From NCBI GenBank assembly GCA_963730185.1, contig CAVSQW010000006.1, positions 192,001 to 256,000 on the forward strand: a stretch of 64,000 bases of DNA. The letters run 5' to 3'. The translations under genes were made by a program, and so were the position numbers. A model generated the notes under the pieces. It ran no database searches, was not told the DNA's origin, and saw nothing but the letters and a program-made list of their open reading frames with translations. Below, piece by piece: positions 9,373-19,386 of the stretch (its first letter is position 1; the number at the start of each line of letters is the position of its first letter). The stretch comes from an uncultured Gemmatimonadales bacterium (GTDB taxonomy: Bacteria > Gemmatimonadota > Gemmatimonadetes > Gemmatimonadales > GWC2-71-9).

Positions 9373-9426
9373 CCACAGCATGCAGCGGACGGCGCTTCGC
9401 GCCGCCGCTGATGCTAGGCGCTAGGC
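9367..9426 (+). repeat. 60-bp attC with mutated core (GTT->GCT)
   Basis: GTCTAAC-CACAGCATGCAGCGGACGGCGCTTCGCGCCGCCGCTGATGCTAGGC-GCTAGGC, a classic 59-be layout. Confidence 0.85.
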
Positions 9427-9566
9427 GGCGCTCCGAAGGAACTGGACGTCTGCTGCGTAGTCGTGCTGTGGAGTGAGTCGCACGGTGAAGGGCGCATGAG
9501 TGACCGAAGATCGTTCGGCAGTGCGGGCGTCACTCAGACGTTCGCGGTCCCTCTCGAAGGTACTCA

Positions 9567-9989
9567 ATGTTCAAAGGCGCACTCAGGCTCGCCGCCTGGC
9601 CCGTGCTCATTTCTCTCTTCATCACGCCGGTTCGCGTCTTCCTCGAACTGGCCGGCGTGCCAACGGTGTTCGTCTTTCCGCTCGGCTTGCTCTGGCTGGC
9701 CTTGGGGTTCGCGGTCTTCCTCGGCACGAGACTGGGCAAGGAAGAACACCCATATCTGCTCCTGCTTCTGAGCCTCTTCATCTTCTCCCCACCCTCTCGG
9801 TTCTCCGTTTTCGTGATGTGGTGGATCGATACGACGTGGGAGCTCGGCACTCATTACAACATCTTCGACAGCTGGGGGCGGGCCCTGTTCTCCCAACTCT
9901 TCTGGGGCTCCGTCATCCAGGTAATCCCCGGCTTCTTGATCGGGTCAGTGGTCCTCCGCATCAAGAGGGCCCGGGCGAGCGCCGCCTGA
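9567..9989 (+). CDS. Membrane protein (about 4 TM), last cassette
   Basis: Hydrophobic ORF with GAAGG RBS; ends in R''-like GCCTGAC. Confidence 0.75.
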   Translation: MFKGALRLAAWPVLISLFITPVRVFLELAGVPTVFVFPLGLLWLALGFAVFLGTRLGKEEHPYLLLLLSLFIFSPPSRFSVFVMWWIDTTWELGTHYNIFDSWGRALFSQLFWGSVIQVIPGFLIGSVVLRIKRARASAA

Positions 9990-9990
9990 C

Positions 9991-10304
9991 AGGGCTTATA
10001 GCGAAGGCGGTCGCGGAACTTCGCGCGGCCAGGCAGGAAGCACCCGGGATCGGAGCTGCCTGGCTCTTCCCGGCTCCCAAGGACACGGCGCGACCGATCG
10101 ACCGGTTCCTGGTGCGGGAGTGGTGGAAGCGCCTGGAAGGCGCGGCAGGGCTCGCTCGGATTCCCGGGCGGGGTTGCATGCCCTGAGGCGGCAGTTCGCC
10201 TCAGAGCTCAAGCACGCGCCATCCAGGAGCCTCTGCGAGCTGGGCGGCTGGAGTCGCTGCACACGATCGTCAAATGCTACCAGCGGGCCGACGAGGACAC
10301 CTAG
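9991..10304 (+). pseudogene. Tyrosine recombinase/phage-type integrase C-terminal remnant
   Basis: Across frames: WLFPAPKD...WWKRLEGAAGL, LHALRRQFASELK, ELGGW, HTIVKCYQRAD; adjacent to the tRNA 3' end. Confidence 0.8.
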
Positions 10305-10314
10305 GAAGGAACCA

Positions 10315-10387
10315 CTGGGGCGGCAGGCCTCGAACCTGCAACCTCCCGGTTAACAGCCGGGCGCTCTGCCAATTGAGCTACACCCCA
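10315..10387 (-). tRNA. tRNA-Asn(GTT)
   Basis: TGGGGTGTAGCTCAATTGGCAGAGCGCCCGGCTGTTAACCGGGAGGTTGCAGGTTCGAGGCCTGCCGCCCCAG folds as a cloverleaf; no encoded CCA. Confidence 0.95.
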
Positions 10388-10542
10388 TCGCCCGAACGGT
10401 CGCCCGGCGCCCAGCAGAATAGAAAGCCGCCCCCAAACCGTCAACGTCCTCGAGCGCCACGGCGCGGTCAGGATCGGTTGCTGCTCCTTCCCCACCCTTG
10501 ACGATCTTCTCACCTGGCCGATTCCTCGCCGGACGAACCCGG

Positions 10543-11223
10543 TCAGCCGGGCTGGTCCGAGCCGGGCGGCTCCACCAGAATCTTGGCTGCGGCCGCCGCG
10601 CCGAGGGCAACCTCTCGGCCGTCCCCCACCTGGATCCGAACGGCTTCGGCCGGAGCGTCGCGATCCAGAACCACGACCTCCGCGCCGGGCACCAAGCCGT
10701 GGCACTCCGCGAACCGGAGGAACGATGGAGTCTGATCCAGGATCCGGATCAGCCGCTCCGGCCGGCCCGGCGGACAGTCCGCGAGGCTCATCCGCGCCGG
10801 CTCCTCCAGGTGTCCCTTCGAGCTGGGAATCGGATCGCCGTGAGGGTCGACCGCCGGGTACCCGAGCAGGGCGTCCATCCGTTCGAGGACCCGGTCAGAG
10901 ATTGCGTGCTCCAGCCGGTCGGCCTCCTCGTGCACCTCGGACCAGTCCAGCCCCAGCGCCTTCACGAGGAATAGCTCCACCAGCCGGTGGCGGCGAAGGA
11001 CGTGAAGCGCCAACTGCTCACCCCGGGCGGTCAACCGCGCCCCCTGTCTGGACTCGTACTCCACCAACCCCGAGTCGGCCAGTGCCTTGACCATCGAGGT
11101 CGCCGTGCCGGGCACCACCCCCATCCTCGCAGCCAGTTGACCGGTGGGCATCATGGCACCGTCACTCGCCGACTGAGCGAGATAGAGCTGCTTGAGATAG
11201 TCCTCGACCGTGCTGCTCGGCAC
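10543..11223 (-). CDS. mntR: DtxR/MntR family metal-dependent regulator with FeoA-like C-terminus
   Basis: Motifs EDYLK, RRHRLVELFL, HEEADRLEH, DPHGDPIP. Confidence 0.9.
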   Translation of the reverse strand: MPSSTVEDYLKQLYLAQSASDGAMMPTGQLAARMGVVPGTATSMVKALADSGLVEYESRQGARLTARGEQLALHVLRRHRLVELFLVKALGLDWSEVHEEADRLEHAISDRVLERMDALLGYPAVDPHGDPIPSSKGHLEEPARMSLADCPPGRPERLIRILDQTPSFLRFAECHGLVPGAEVVVLDRDAPAEAVRIQVGDGREVALGAAAAAKILVEPPGSDQPG

Positions 11224-11269
11224 GAGACCCCTCCGTTCAAGTGCTCGACACTACCGATCCGAGCGAGAC

Positions 11270-11317
11270 TTGACAACAATTTGAAATATAGCGAAAATGA
11301 TTTTGACTACTCAAAAT
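11270..11317 (+). promoter_or_regulatory. Promoter and palindromic putative MntR operator
   Basis: TTGACA-N17-GAAAAT; palindrome ATTTTGA-CTAC-TCAAAAT at 11300-11317 overlapping the start codon. Confidence 0.65.
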
Positions 11318-12134
11318 GGCACAAATGCCTACCCTCGCCCTCCTCCTCGGAACGACCTGGCTCGCGACGGCCCCACAGCCCCCCGATCGCCCCTGCCCTG
11401 GGGGCGGCGCTCGGCCATTGCACGCCGATCGACCGGATGTGACGGAGAGCCCATACACCGTCCCCTCCGGGCGGTGGCAGGTCGAGGTGAGCTTCGTCGA
11501 ATACACGCGTGACGAGGTGGGCAAGGCTCGCTCGACCACCACCTCGGTCCTTCCGGGCGCCATCAAGGTTGGGGTGTCGTGCCGGGCAGACGTTCAGCTC
11601 ATGGTCACCCCCTTCCTGGACCTCCGCCGGGGCGGCTCGCCGGATTCTCGCACGACCGGTCCAGGCGACTTGGTAGGGCGATTCAAGCTCAACTTGGCGG
11701 GGAACGATGACGGGCAGATCGCTTTCGGTGTCATGCCCTTCGTGCGGATTCCCTTGGCGAGGCAAGGGTTGGGGGCCGGCCGCCTGGAGGGCGGCCTGAT
11801 CGTTCCGCTCGCAGCCGGGCTACCCCAGGGGTTCGACCTCGGTGCCATGGTCGAGCTTGATCTCCGGGGATCGGCGTCCGGCACCGGGTATGGGGTCGAG
11901 GCCGTGCATTCGATCACCCTCGGGCACTCATTGGCCGGCGAGCGACTCGGGTCATACCTCGAGTACGCCGGGTCGGCCCCGGTGGGGACTGGTGGCGGGT
12001 ACGAGGCCTACCTCGACGGCGGCTTGACGTTGGCCACGTCCTCCAATCGCCAGCTCGATGCCGGGCTCCGCCTCGGCTTGTCGCCGGCGGCGGACGGGTT
12101 CACCGCCTTCGTCGGCTTCACATTCCGCCGCTGA
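11316..12134 (+). CDS. Outer-membrane beta-barrel transporter (MetA-pathway/phenol-degradation-like)
   Basis: Signal peptide, DRPDVTESPYTVP motif, alternating beta-strand C-terminus. Confidence 0.8.
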   Translation: MAQMPTLALLLGTTWLATAPQPPDRPCPGGGARPLHADRPDVTESPYTVPSGRWQVEVSFVEYTRDEVGKARSTTTSVLPGAIKVGVSCRADVQLMVTPFLDLRRGGSPDSRTTGPGDLVGRFKLNLAGNDDGQIAFGVMPFVRIPLARQGLGAGRLEGGLIVPLAAGLPQGFDLGAMVELDLRGSASGTGYGVEAVHSITLGHSLAGERLGSYLEYAGSAPVGTGGGYEAYLDGGLTLATSSNRQLDAGLRLGLSPAADGFTAFVGFTFRR

Positions 12135-13509
12135 TGTCCGGGCCCGTCTCTCTCGAAGGCATGCACCGCACTGTCGCGGTGCCGGAGCACAGCGGGGCCG
12201 GCTTCTGGCGCCACTGGCGGGCCTACGTCGGGGCCGGCGCTCCTGGTCAGCGTCGGCTACATGGATCCCGGCAACTGGGGGACTGATCTGCAAGGCGGCG
12301 CGCAGTTCAAGTACGGCCTGCTCTGGGTAGTGGCCTCGGCAAGCCTGATGGCGATCTTTCTGCAGGTCCTGTCGGCCCGGCTGGGGGTCGTGACCGGCAA
12401 GGACCTGGCGCAGGCCTGCCGGGATTGGTATCCGCGCTGGACCCGATGGCCAAACTGGCTGTTGTGCGAGGTGGCGATCGGCGCGTGCGACCTGGCCGAG
12501 GTGCTCGGCAGCGCCGTGGCGCTCAACCTGCTGTTTCACATCCCGCTCTTCTGGGCGGTGATGATCACCGCGGCTCGACGTGCTTCGTGTTGTTGGCGTT
12601 GCAGCGATTCGGGATGCGCACGATCGAGGCGGTCATCGTCCTGCTGGTGGCGACGATCGGGGTCTGCTATTTCATCGAGATTTTCGTGCTGCCCCAGACC
12701 ACGCCGAGCTTCGCGGAGATGGGGCGGGCGCTGCTCAGCCCCGGACTCCGCCAGGTGGGCATGGTCTACGTGGCGATCGGGATCATCGGCGCGACGGTCA
12801 TGCCGCACAACCTGTATCTGCACTCCGCGCTGGTGCAAAGCCGTCGGAGTTCCCGAGGATCGACCACGGCGATGCGACGGCCATCCGAGTTCAACACGAT
12901 CGACTCGACCGTCGCGCTGACGTTGGCGTTCTTCGTCAACGCGGCGATCCTGGTACTGGCGGCGCTCGTGTTCTACGGCACGGACAGCGGTCACCGTCGC
13001 CGGCGGCGAGGTGGTGCATTTCGGCGGCGAGACAGCGACTGGATCCGGGTCGCCTACCTGACGCTGGCGCCGTTGCTGGGCACCGCGGCCGCGAGCACCT
13101 GTTCGCGGTGGCGCTGCTGGCCAGCGGCCAGAGCAGCACCATCACCGGCACCCTCGCCGGTCAGGTGGTGATGGAAGGCTTCATGCACTGGCGGATCTCG
13201 CCGTGGCTGCGCCGGCTGATCACCCGTCTGCTCGCGATCCTGCCGGCGGTGTTCGTCATCGGGATCCGCGGCGACGGCAGCGTGAACGACCTCCTGACCC
13301 TGAGCCAGGTCGTGCTGGCGCTGCAGCTGCCCTTTGCGATGTTCCCGCTCCTGCATTTCACCAGCTCTCGCCGCCGCATGGGGCCGTGGCGGAGCGGCGC
13401 CTTCCTCCTGCTCACCGGATGGGCGAGCGCGCTCCTCATTACCGCGATGGACCTGTACGGCCTAGGGGACTCGGCCCGGGCGGCGTGGCACATGGTCGCG
13501 GGACGATAG
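12134..13509 (+). CDS. mntH: Nramp Mn2+/Fe2+ transporter, frameshifted
   Basis: Motifs [38 protein letters not shown] in three frames. Confidence 0.9.
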
Positions 13510-13743
13510 GAAGGCCCGGGCTCTTGGCCTGGCGGTTCGCGGGCCGGCGCAACATACTCAGTCACTCCTTCGCCGCGGCCTCGTTCCAAGGAGCAACCGC
13601 GCGCGGCTTCCGATGCTTCATGCCCGGCCTTGGGCCAGGAGACTCGTGCGCCCGGTGACCCACGCCCCGCCTCAGATTCTCGACCCCTACCCTCTCGCTC
13701 GCAACCGCGCCTGCGGGAGCTCGATGAACGCTGGGAAGGCCCG

Positions 13744-15990
13744 ATGAGCATGGAAGTCCGGCTGAGCCGCGAGATGCGGCTCATCGACATCACCATGATC
13801 GGCGTCGGCGCGATGATCGGCGCCGGGATCTTCGTGCTGACCGGCATCGCCGCCGGGGTGGCCGGCCCCGGGCTGCTGGTGGTCTTCCTCCTGAACGCGG
13901 TGGTCGCCTCGCTCACCGCCATGGCCTACGCCGAGCTGGGGAGCGCGTTCCACGACGCCGGCGGCGGGTATCTCTGGGTCAAGAATGCCCTCCCGGACCC
14001 GAACGGGTTCCTGAGCGGCTGGATGTCGTGGTTCGCCCACGCGGTGGCCTGCTCACTCTACGCCCTGGGCTTCGGCGGCTACCTCCGGCTGGTGCTGGAG
14101 ACGGCCGGCGCGCCGTCGTTCGATCTCGGGTTCATGACCCTGGAGAAGTGGCTCGCGGTCCTGGCCTGCACCCTCTTCGCCTACATCAACTACCGGGGCG
14201 CCTCGGAGGCCGGCAAGGCCGGCAACGTGGTGACCGTCGCCAAGGTCGTGATCATCCTGGCCTTCGTCGGGGTCGGGATCTGGGTGATGGCCGGCCGGCC
14301 GGAGTGGCGGGTGTCGTTCCAGCCGCTCTTGAGCAAGGGCTGGGGTGGCGTGTTCGCCGCGATGGGCCTGACCTTCATCGCCTTCGAGGGCTACGAGATC
14401 ATCGCCCAGACCAGCGAGGAGGTGGAGAATCCGAAGAAGAACGTGCCCCGGGCCACGTTCCTCTCGCTGGCGATCGTGGTGCCCATCTACCTCCTGGTGG
14501 CCTTCGTGGCGGTGGGCGCCACCACCCCGCCGGCGGGAATGTCGGTGACCGACTATCTCGGCCGGGAGAAGGAGACGGCCCTGGTCACCGCCGCCAACCA
14601 GTTCATCGCCGGCGGCGGGGTGGTGATCCTGATCGGCGGCCTCCTCTCGACCCTCTCGGCGCTCAACGCGACGATCTACTCGTCGTCCCGGGTCGCATTC
14701 GCGATGGCCCGGGACGCGAACCTGCCCCCGATCCTGGGCAAGGTGCACGAGAAGCAGGCCACGCCCCATTGGGCCATCCTGGCCTCGACCGTGCTGATCG
14801 TGATCATGGCGATCGCGCTCCCGATCGAGGATGTGGCGGCCGCGGCCGACATCATGTTCCTGCTGCTGTTCGTGCAGGTGAACATGGCCGTGATCCGGCT
14901 CCGGAAGCTCCGACCCGATCTGGACCGGGGCTTCAAGATCCCGTTCATGCCGATCATCCCGCTGCTGGCGATCGGCTCGATGCTGTTCCTCGCCGTCTTC
15001 CTCTTCACCGAGTACCCGCTCTCCTGGGCCGCGGCGGGCGGGTGGATCGCGGTGGGGGTCGGGGTGTACTACGGCTACGCCCGGTCGCGGGAGGCGGCCC
15101 AGGTGGAGCGGACCGAGTGGATGGAGCGGATCGAGCGGAAGGAGTACCGGGTCCTGGTGGCGGTCTCGAATCCGGAGACCCTGGAGACCCTGCTCGAGAT
15201 CGGGATTGCCGTGGCTCGCCGGCACGAGGGCGAGCTGGTGCTGCTCTCGGTGGCCGAAGTCCCCGACGGCGAGACCCTCATGGCCGGCCGCTCGGCGACC
15301 CGGCGGCTGGAGCCGCTGCTGGCCCGGGCGGTGTCGTACGCCAACGAGCGCGGGGTCTCGAGCTACTCGGTCATCAAGATTGCCCGGCGGGCCAGCCACG
15401 GGATCGTGGAGACGGCCCGCGAGGAGGAGTGCAATTTCCTGGTGATCGGCCAGCCGGTCCGCCTGTCGGTGTTCGAGCGGCTGGTGAGCACCGTCGTGGA
15501 ACGGGTGCTCGAGACCGCGCCCTGCCAGGTCGCGATCGTCTACGGACACCTCCCGGCGGAGGGGATCACCGGGATCGTGGTGCCCACCACCAAGGGCCCC
15601 AACACCAAGCTCGCGGTCGAGCTGGTTCCGGCGTTCAAGATGGGCGACGGGATCCCGACCCGAGCGGTGACGGTGGTCGGGATCGACGATTCGAAGACGA
15701 CGGCCGAGAAGCTGGTGAGCGACGCCAAGGAGACCCTCGACGCCGCGGGCTTCGGCGGCGAGTTCACCGTGCTCCGGCACCCCGAGATCGTCGAGGCCCT
15801 GTCCCACGCGGTGGCCCCGGGCGAGCTGGTGGTGATGGGCGCTCCGGCCAGCGCCCCGGTCGCCGCGATCTTCGGGGAGACCATCCCCGCGGCGCTGGCC
15901 CGCCGGGGGCCGCACCCGGTGGTGGTGGTGCGCGACGTGGAACCACAGCAGGCGCGCCGGTTCGAGCGTCTGTTCTTCCGGGAGGAATAG
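13744..15990 (+). CDS. APC amino-acid permease fused to universal stress protein domains
   Basis: GAMIGAGIF and FIAFEGYE; C-terminal VLVAVSNP...ETAPCQV USP-like region. Confidence 0.9.
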   Translation: MSMEVRLSREMRLIDITMIGVGAMIGAGIFVLTGIAAGVAGPGLLVVFLLNAVVASLTAMAYAELGSAFHDAGGGYLWVKNALPDPNGFLSGWMSWFAHAVACSLYALGFGGYLRLVLETAGAPSFDLGFMTLEKWLAVLACTLFAYINYRGASEAGKAGNVVTVAKVVIILAFVGVGIWVMAGRPEWRVSFQPLLSKGWGGVFAAMGLTFIAFEGYEIIAQTSEEVENPKKNVPRATFLSLAIVVPIYLLVAFVAVGATTPPAGMSVTDYLGREKETALVTAANQFIAGGGVVILIGGLLSTLSALNATIYSSSRVAFAMARDANLPPILGKVHEKQATPHWAILASTVLIVIMAIALPIEDVAAAADIMFLLLFVQVNMAVIRLRKLRPDLDRGFKIPFMPIIPLLAIGSMLFLAVFLFTEYPLSWAAAGGWIAVGVGVYYGYARSREAAQVERTEWMERIERKEYRVLVAVSNPETLETLLEIGIAVARRHEGELVLLSVAEVPDGETLMAGRSATRRLEPLLARAVSYANERGVSSYSVIKIARRASHGIVETAREEECNFLVIGQPVRLSVFERLVSTVVERVLETAPCQVAIVYGHLPAEGITGIVVPTTKGPNTKLAVELVPAFKMGDGIPTRAVTVVGIDDSKTTAEKLVSDAKETLDAAGFGGEFTVLRHPEIVEALSHAVAPGELVVMGAPASAPVAAIFGETIPAALARRGPHPVVVVRDVEPQQARRFERLFFREE

Positions 15991-15993
15991 CCC

Positions 15994-16656
15994 ATGCAGC
16001 AGACACCGAGCGGCCCGCTGGCCGAGTTCGCCAGCCGCTTCTCCACCTACCTGCCGACCCTCTTCGCCGGCCTGGTGGTGCTGGCGCTGGGGATCGGGGT
16101 GGCCTGGGTGGCCAAGCGGGTGGTGGTCCGGGTCTTCATCTGGCTCCGCCTGGACCGGCTGGGCGGCCGGGTCGGCTGGCGGGCCGCGTTCGGCAAGGGC
16201 GACGTCCGGGCCGCGCTCTACGACCTGGTCGGCAACCTGGTGATGGCCACGCTGATCCTGCTGTTCCTGGACAACGCCCTTCAGATCTGGGGCCTGCTGG
16301 TCCTGTCCCGACTGATCGACCAGCTGGTGTTCTATCTCCCGAACGCCGGCCTCGTCGCCCTGATCGGGGTGGTGGGCTTCCTGGTCTCCAACCTGGTGGG
16401 CGAACGGGTTCGGCAGGCGCTCGAGGAGGAGGGGCTCAAGCAAGCCCGGCTCCTGGCTCGGCTGGTCAAAGGCGTGCTCCAGGGAGTGGTGGGCGCCCTG
16501 GCGCTCTGGCAGCTCGGCTTTGCCCGGGAGATCGTGCTGGCCGGGTTCCTGATCACCTTCGGGGCGATCGGCGTGGCCTTCGCGGTGGCGGTGGGGATCG
16601 GCTCGGCCCGGGCCATCCAGCACGGGTGGCAGGCGATGTTCGAGGCCAAGAAGTAG
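15994..16656 (+). CDS. Membrane protein with MscS-like conserved TM-helix repeats
   Basis: Repeated YLP-x helices (YLPTLFAG, YLPNAGLV). Confidence 0.7.
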   Translation: MQQTPSGPLAEFASRFSTYLPTLFAGLVVLALGIGVAWVAKRVVVRVFIWLRLDRLGGRVGWRAAFGKGDVRAALYDLVGNLVMATLILLFLDNALQIWGLLVLSRLIDQLVFYLPNAGLVALIGVVGFLVSNLVGERVRQALEEEGLKQARLLARLVKGVLQGVVGALALWQLGFAREIVLAGFLITFGAIGVAFAVAVGIGSARAIQHGWQAMFEAKK

Positions 16657-16661
16657 CCGGG

Positions 16662-18002
16662 TTAGCTCCGGATCAGGCCGACGAACCAGCGCACCAGGTC
16701 GGCGTTGTCGACGATCGACCAGGTATGGGGCGACGCGCCCGCGTCGTAGCCCTCCCGGGCCCGGCTGGTGGTGATCAGCTCGGCCGTGGTGCTCCCGTCG
16801 AGATCCAGCTCGTTGACCAGAGCCGCCAGATCGATCGAGTTCATCTGGTAGTACGACTTCCCGCGGTGATGGATCCACCAGTCCACGTCGGGCTCGTGGT
16901 AGGCGCGGAGCGGGAGGCCCTTGAGCACGGCCGCGTTCCCGCCGCCCGGCTCGCCGAACAGGTAGGGCGAGTAGGCCACGTACCGGTCCCGCGCCTCGGC
17001 CGGCGTCCCCCCCAGGTTGGCCTCCAATAAATAAGAGACCCACCGCCCCTCGTCGGTGGCCGAGGGATGGAAGCCGTCGCCGGCCGCCTTCACCTCGGCG
17101 TTCCACATCCGGATCATGTCCAGCGGGGCATCGACCACTGCGGCAGCCGCCAAGCGAAGCGGCGAGCGGCGGTGCCGGCGGACCTCGACCGCCGCCCGGA
17201 GCGCGCGGGTCCCCCCCAGCGAGAGGCCGGCGAAGAGGAGCGGCCGGTCCGCGAGCCCCTGCTCGGCCAGGGCCTCCTCGACCCGCTTGACGATACCCGC
17301 CGCGTCGTCGTCGGTGAACAGGAAGTCGACCGGGTTGCCGGTGGTGAGGTGGAGGAGCCCCACCCCGGCGCGGATCGCCTCGTCCTCGAACGAGCCGACG
17401 GCGGGCGGAAGCGAGTCGACCTTGACCCGCCAGCCGTCGAAGAACACGGCCATTCCGATCGGGTCACGATCGGCCGGCAGCACCATGGTGTAGCCCCGGT
17501 CGGTCATCGCCACCCGATTGTCGGGGGCCGGGCCGATCCGGATCGAGCCGCTCATCGGCGCGTAGCGCTCGATCACCCGGGGCGGCGTCCAGCCCGCGAC
17601 CACCCGGCGAAAGGCTTCCCACCCCTGGTTGGCGCCGTCCTTCGCCCACCAGCGACCCTCGATCCGGTCCCGATCCAGGATCCGGTAGTCGCCCCCGCCC
17701 GAGGTGCTGGTCGACCTGAACCGGAGGGTGAGGCGGTCCTTCCCCACCGGCTGGAGCGAGCCCCGGAAGCGATCCCGGCCGATCGTCCCCTGGATCCGGA
17801 GCGGCTCGCCCGGCCCGGCGGAATCGTCGATGGAGACCAGCCCGACGTAGGGAGCGCCGTCCTTCTCCATCCCGGCGACCCGGTACTGGCCGATCACCGA
17901 CCGCTCGGCCGGCGGGCCACCGGCCGGGGCGGAATGGCAACCCGCGACGAGGGCCGCGAGGACGAGCGGAGAGAGGCGATTGGCCTGGTGCAACGGCATC
18001 AT
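16662..18002 (-). CDS. Lipoprotein with C-terminal alpha/beta hydrolase-like domain
   Basis: Lipobox LVAGC; GLSLGG; PHTWSIVD. Confidence 0.7.
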   Translation of the reverse strand: MMPLHQANRLSPLVLAALVAGCHSAPAGGPPAERSVIGQYRVAGMEKDGAPYVGLVSIDDSAGPGEPLRIQGTIGRDRFRGSLQPVGKDRLTLRFRSTSTSGGGDYRILDRDRIEGRWWAKDGANQGWEAFRRVVAGWTPPRVIERYAPMSGSIRIGPAPDNRVAMTDRGYTMVLPADRDPIGMAVFFDGWRVKVDSLPPAVGSFEDEAIRAGVGLLHLTTGNPVDFLFTDDDAAGIVKRVEEALAEQGLADRPLLFAGLSLGGTRALRAAVEVRRHRRSPLRLAAAAVVDAPLDMIRMWNAEVKAAGDGFHPSATDEGRWVSYLLEANLGGTPAEARDRYVAYSPYLFGEPGGGNAAVLKGLPLRAYHEPDVDWWIHHRGKSYYQMNSIDLAALVNELDLDGSTTAELITTSRAREGYDAGASPHTWSIVDNADLVRWFVGLIRS

Positions 18003-18215
18003 CGGTCGTAAGGTCACCCGCGAATGGCGTGCGAAGGTCCTCAATTCCCTACGGTCGCGCCGGAGCCGGGTTTCCCGTCCCGTGGCCACGCCGCCGCGGT
18101 CCGCTCGCCCCCCGATCGGGCCACTCGCCCTGCCCTGGTTCCGCTTACGCCCGACGGCGAATCCCCCCGGCGACCGCGGTCGTCGGGAGCGCTGACTCCA
18201 CTCCCGAGCCAGTTC

Positions 18216-19386
18216 GTGACCCGAGCCCCGATCCAGTCGCCGTCTCCCGCCCTGATCCTGACCCTGGCGGCGAGCCTCCTGACGATCCCCGTCGACGCCA
18301 GGGCGCAGTCACCCTGCGAGCCCGCCCCCGGCTCGCCGACCGCCGCGGAGTGGCTGGCCCGGGCCCGGCAGGCCGTGGGTGTCGCACGCCTCCGACGTGC
18401 GGGTGAAGGGGCGCTGCCGGTATCGCGACTACCGCCGGATCGTGCTCGCCCGGACCGGGCCGTTCGGCGAGGAACGGCTCTTCCTCCACGAGGGCACCGG
18501 CTACCCCCTTCGGGTGGAGCGGACCGAGCCGCACTATCTCTTCGGGCAGGTCGAGGCGGCCTACCTGTACTTGACCTGGTTCGACCCGACCCTTCCCTGG
18601 ACGGCGGTCCGCACCATCGACGGCGCGCCGGAGCTCGAGCGCTCGTACGCCGGCCGCGGCACCCTCGTCCCGCGCGACAGCGCTCCGTCGCTCGCGGTTG
18701 GGACCGACCTCCCGGACATGACAGCGGCGATCCCGACCTTTCTGGCCCCGACGCCACCGGATACCGTCGGAATCGGACCGGCCACGACGATCCTCCGGAA
18801 CGTGGGATACGCCGAAGTGGTCACCCTGGTCCACGACACGGTGTTCGTGCTGGACGCCACCCAGGGCGAGGCTCGAGCCCGGGCGGACTCGCAGTGGATC
18901 GGGCGGCTGTTCCCCGGGCGGCACCCGATCGTGGTGGTGGTGACCGACCTGGCCTGGCCCCACGTCGCGGGGCTGCGCTTCTGGGTCGGGTCGGGAGCCA
19001 CGATCGTCTCGCACCGGGCCAACCGGGATTTTCTCGAGCGGGTCGTCGGCCGGCGGTGGACGCTCCACCCCGACCGGCTCGAGCGGTCGCGGGCCCGGGC
19101 CCGGTTCCGGTTCGTCGGCGTGGACGACTCGCTCAGCCTGGCGGGCGGGGAGCTCCGGCTCTACCCGATCGACGGGGTGGGAAGTGAAGGCGCCCTCATG
19201 GCGTACCTCCCGGGCGATCGTTTCCTCTGGGCCAGCGACTTTCTCCAGCGGCTGGACGCGCCGACCCTCTACGCCACCGAGATCCGGGCGGCGGCCGACC
19301 GGCACGGGCTCCACCCCGATCGGGTCGCGGCCGAGCACCTGCCGGTCACCGCGTGGGCCAGAATCGAGGCGATCACGGCACGGTGA
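18216..19386 (+). CDS. Secreted MBL-fold-like protein, frameshift or deletion near 18390
   Basis: Signal peptide in the 18024 frame; the rest in ORF 18379-19386 (VTDLAWPHVAG, FLWASDF, AEH). Confidence 0.55.

Larger units (their letters stand above)
2656..9990 (+). mobile_element. Integron gene-cassette array (no intI within window)
   Basis: Nine attC-like imperfect palindromes (RYYYAAC...GTTRRRY) separate short co-oriented ORFs. Several R'' boxes are complementary to the preceding core site. Confidence 0.9.

Noticed and set aside
2656..9426. Repeats as a CRISPR array or REP/MITE family
   Set aside because: Spacing is gene-sized, the repeats vary in length and carry attC boxes, and there are no cas genes.
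9991..10304. Recombinase remnant as the integron integrase IntI
   Set aside because: It lies at the distal end of the array in the same orientation, is tRNA-adjacent, and resembles phage/island integrases with no recognisable IntI features.
13510..13743. Possible riboswitch upstream of the APC transporter
   Set aside because: I could not recognise conserved motifs of any known riboswitch; an Rfam scan would be needed.
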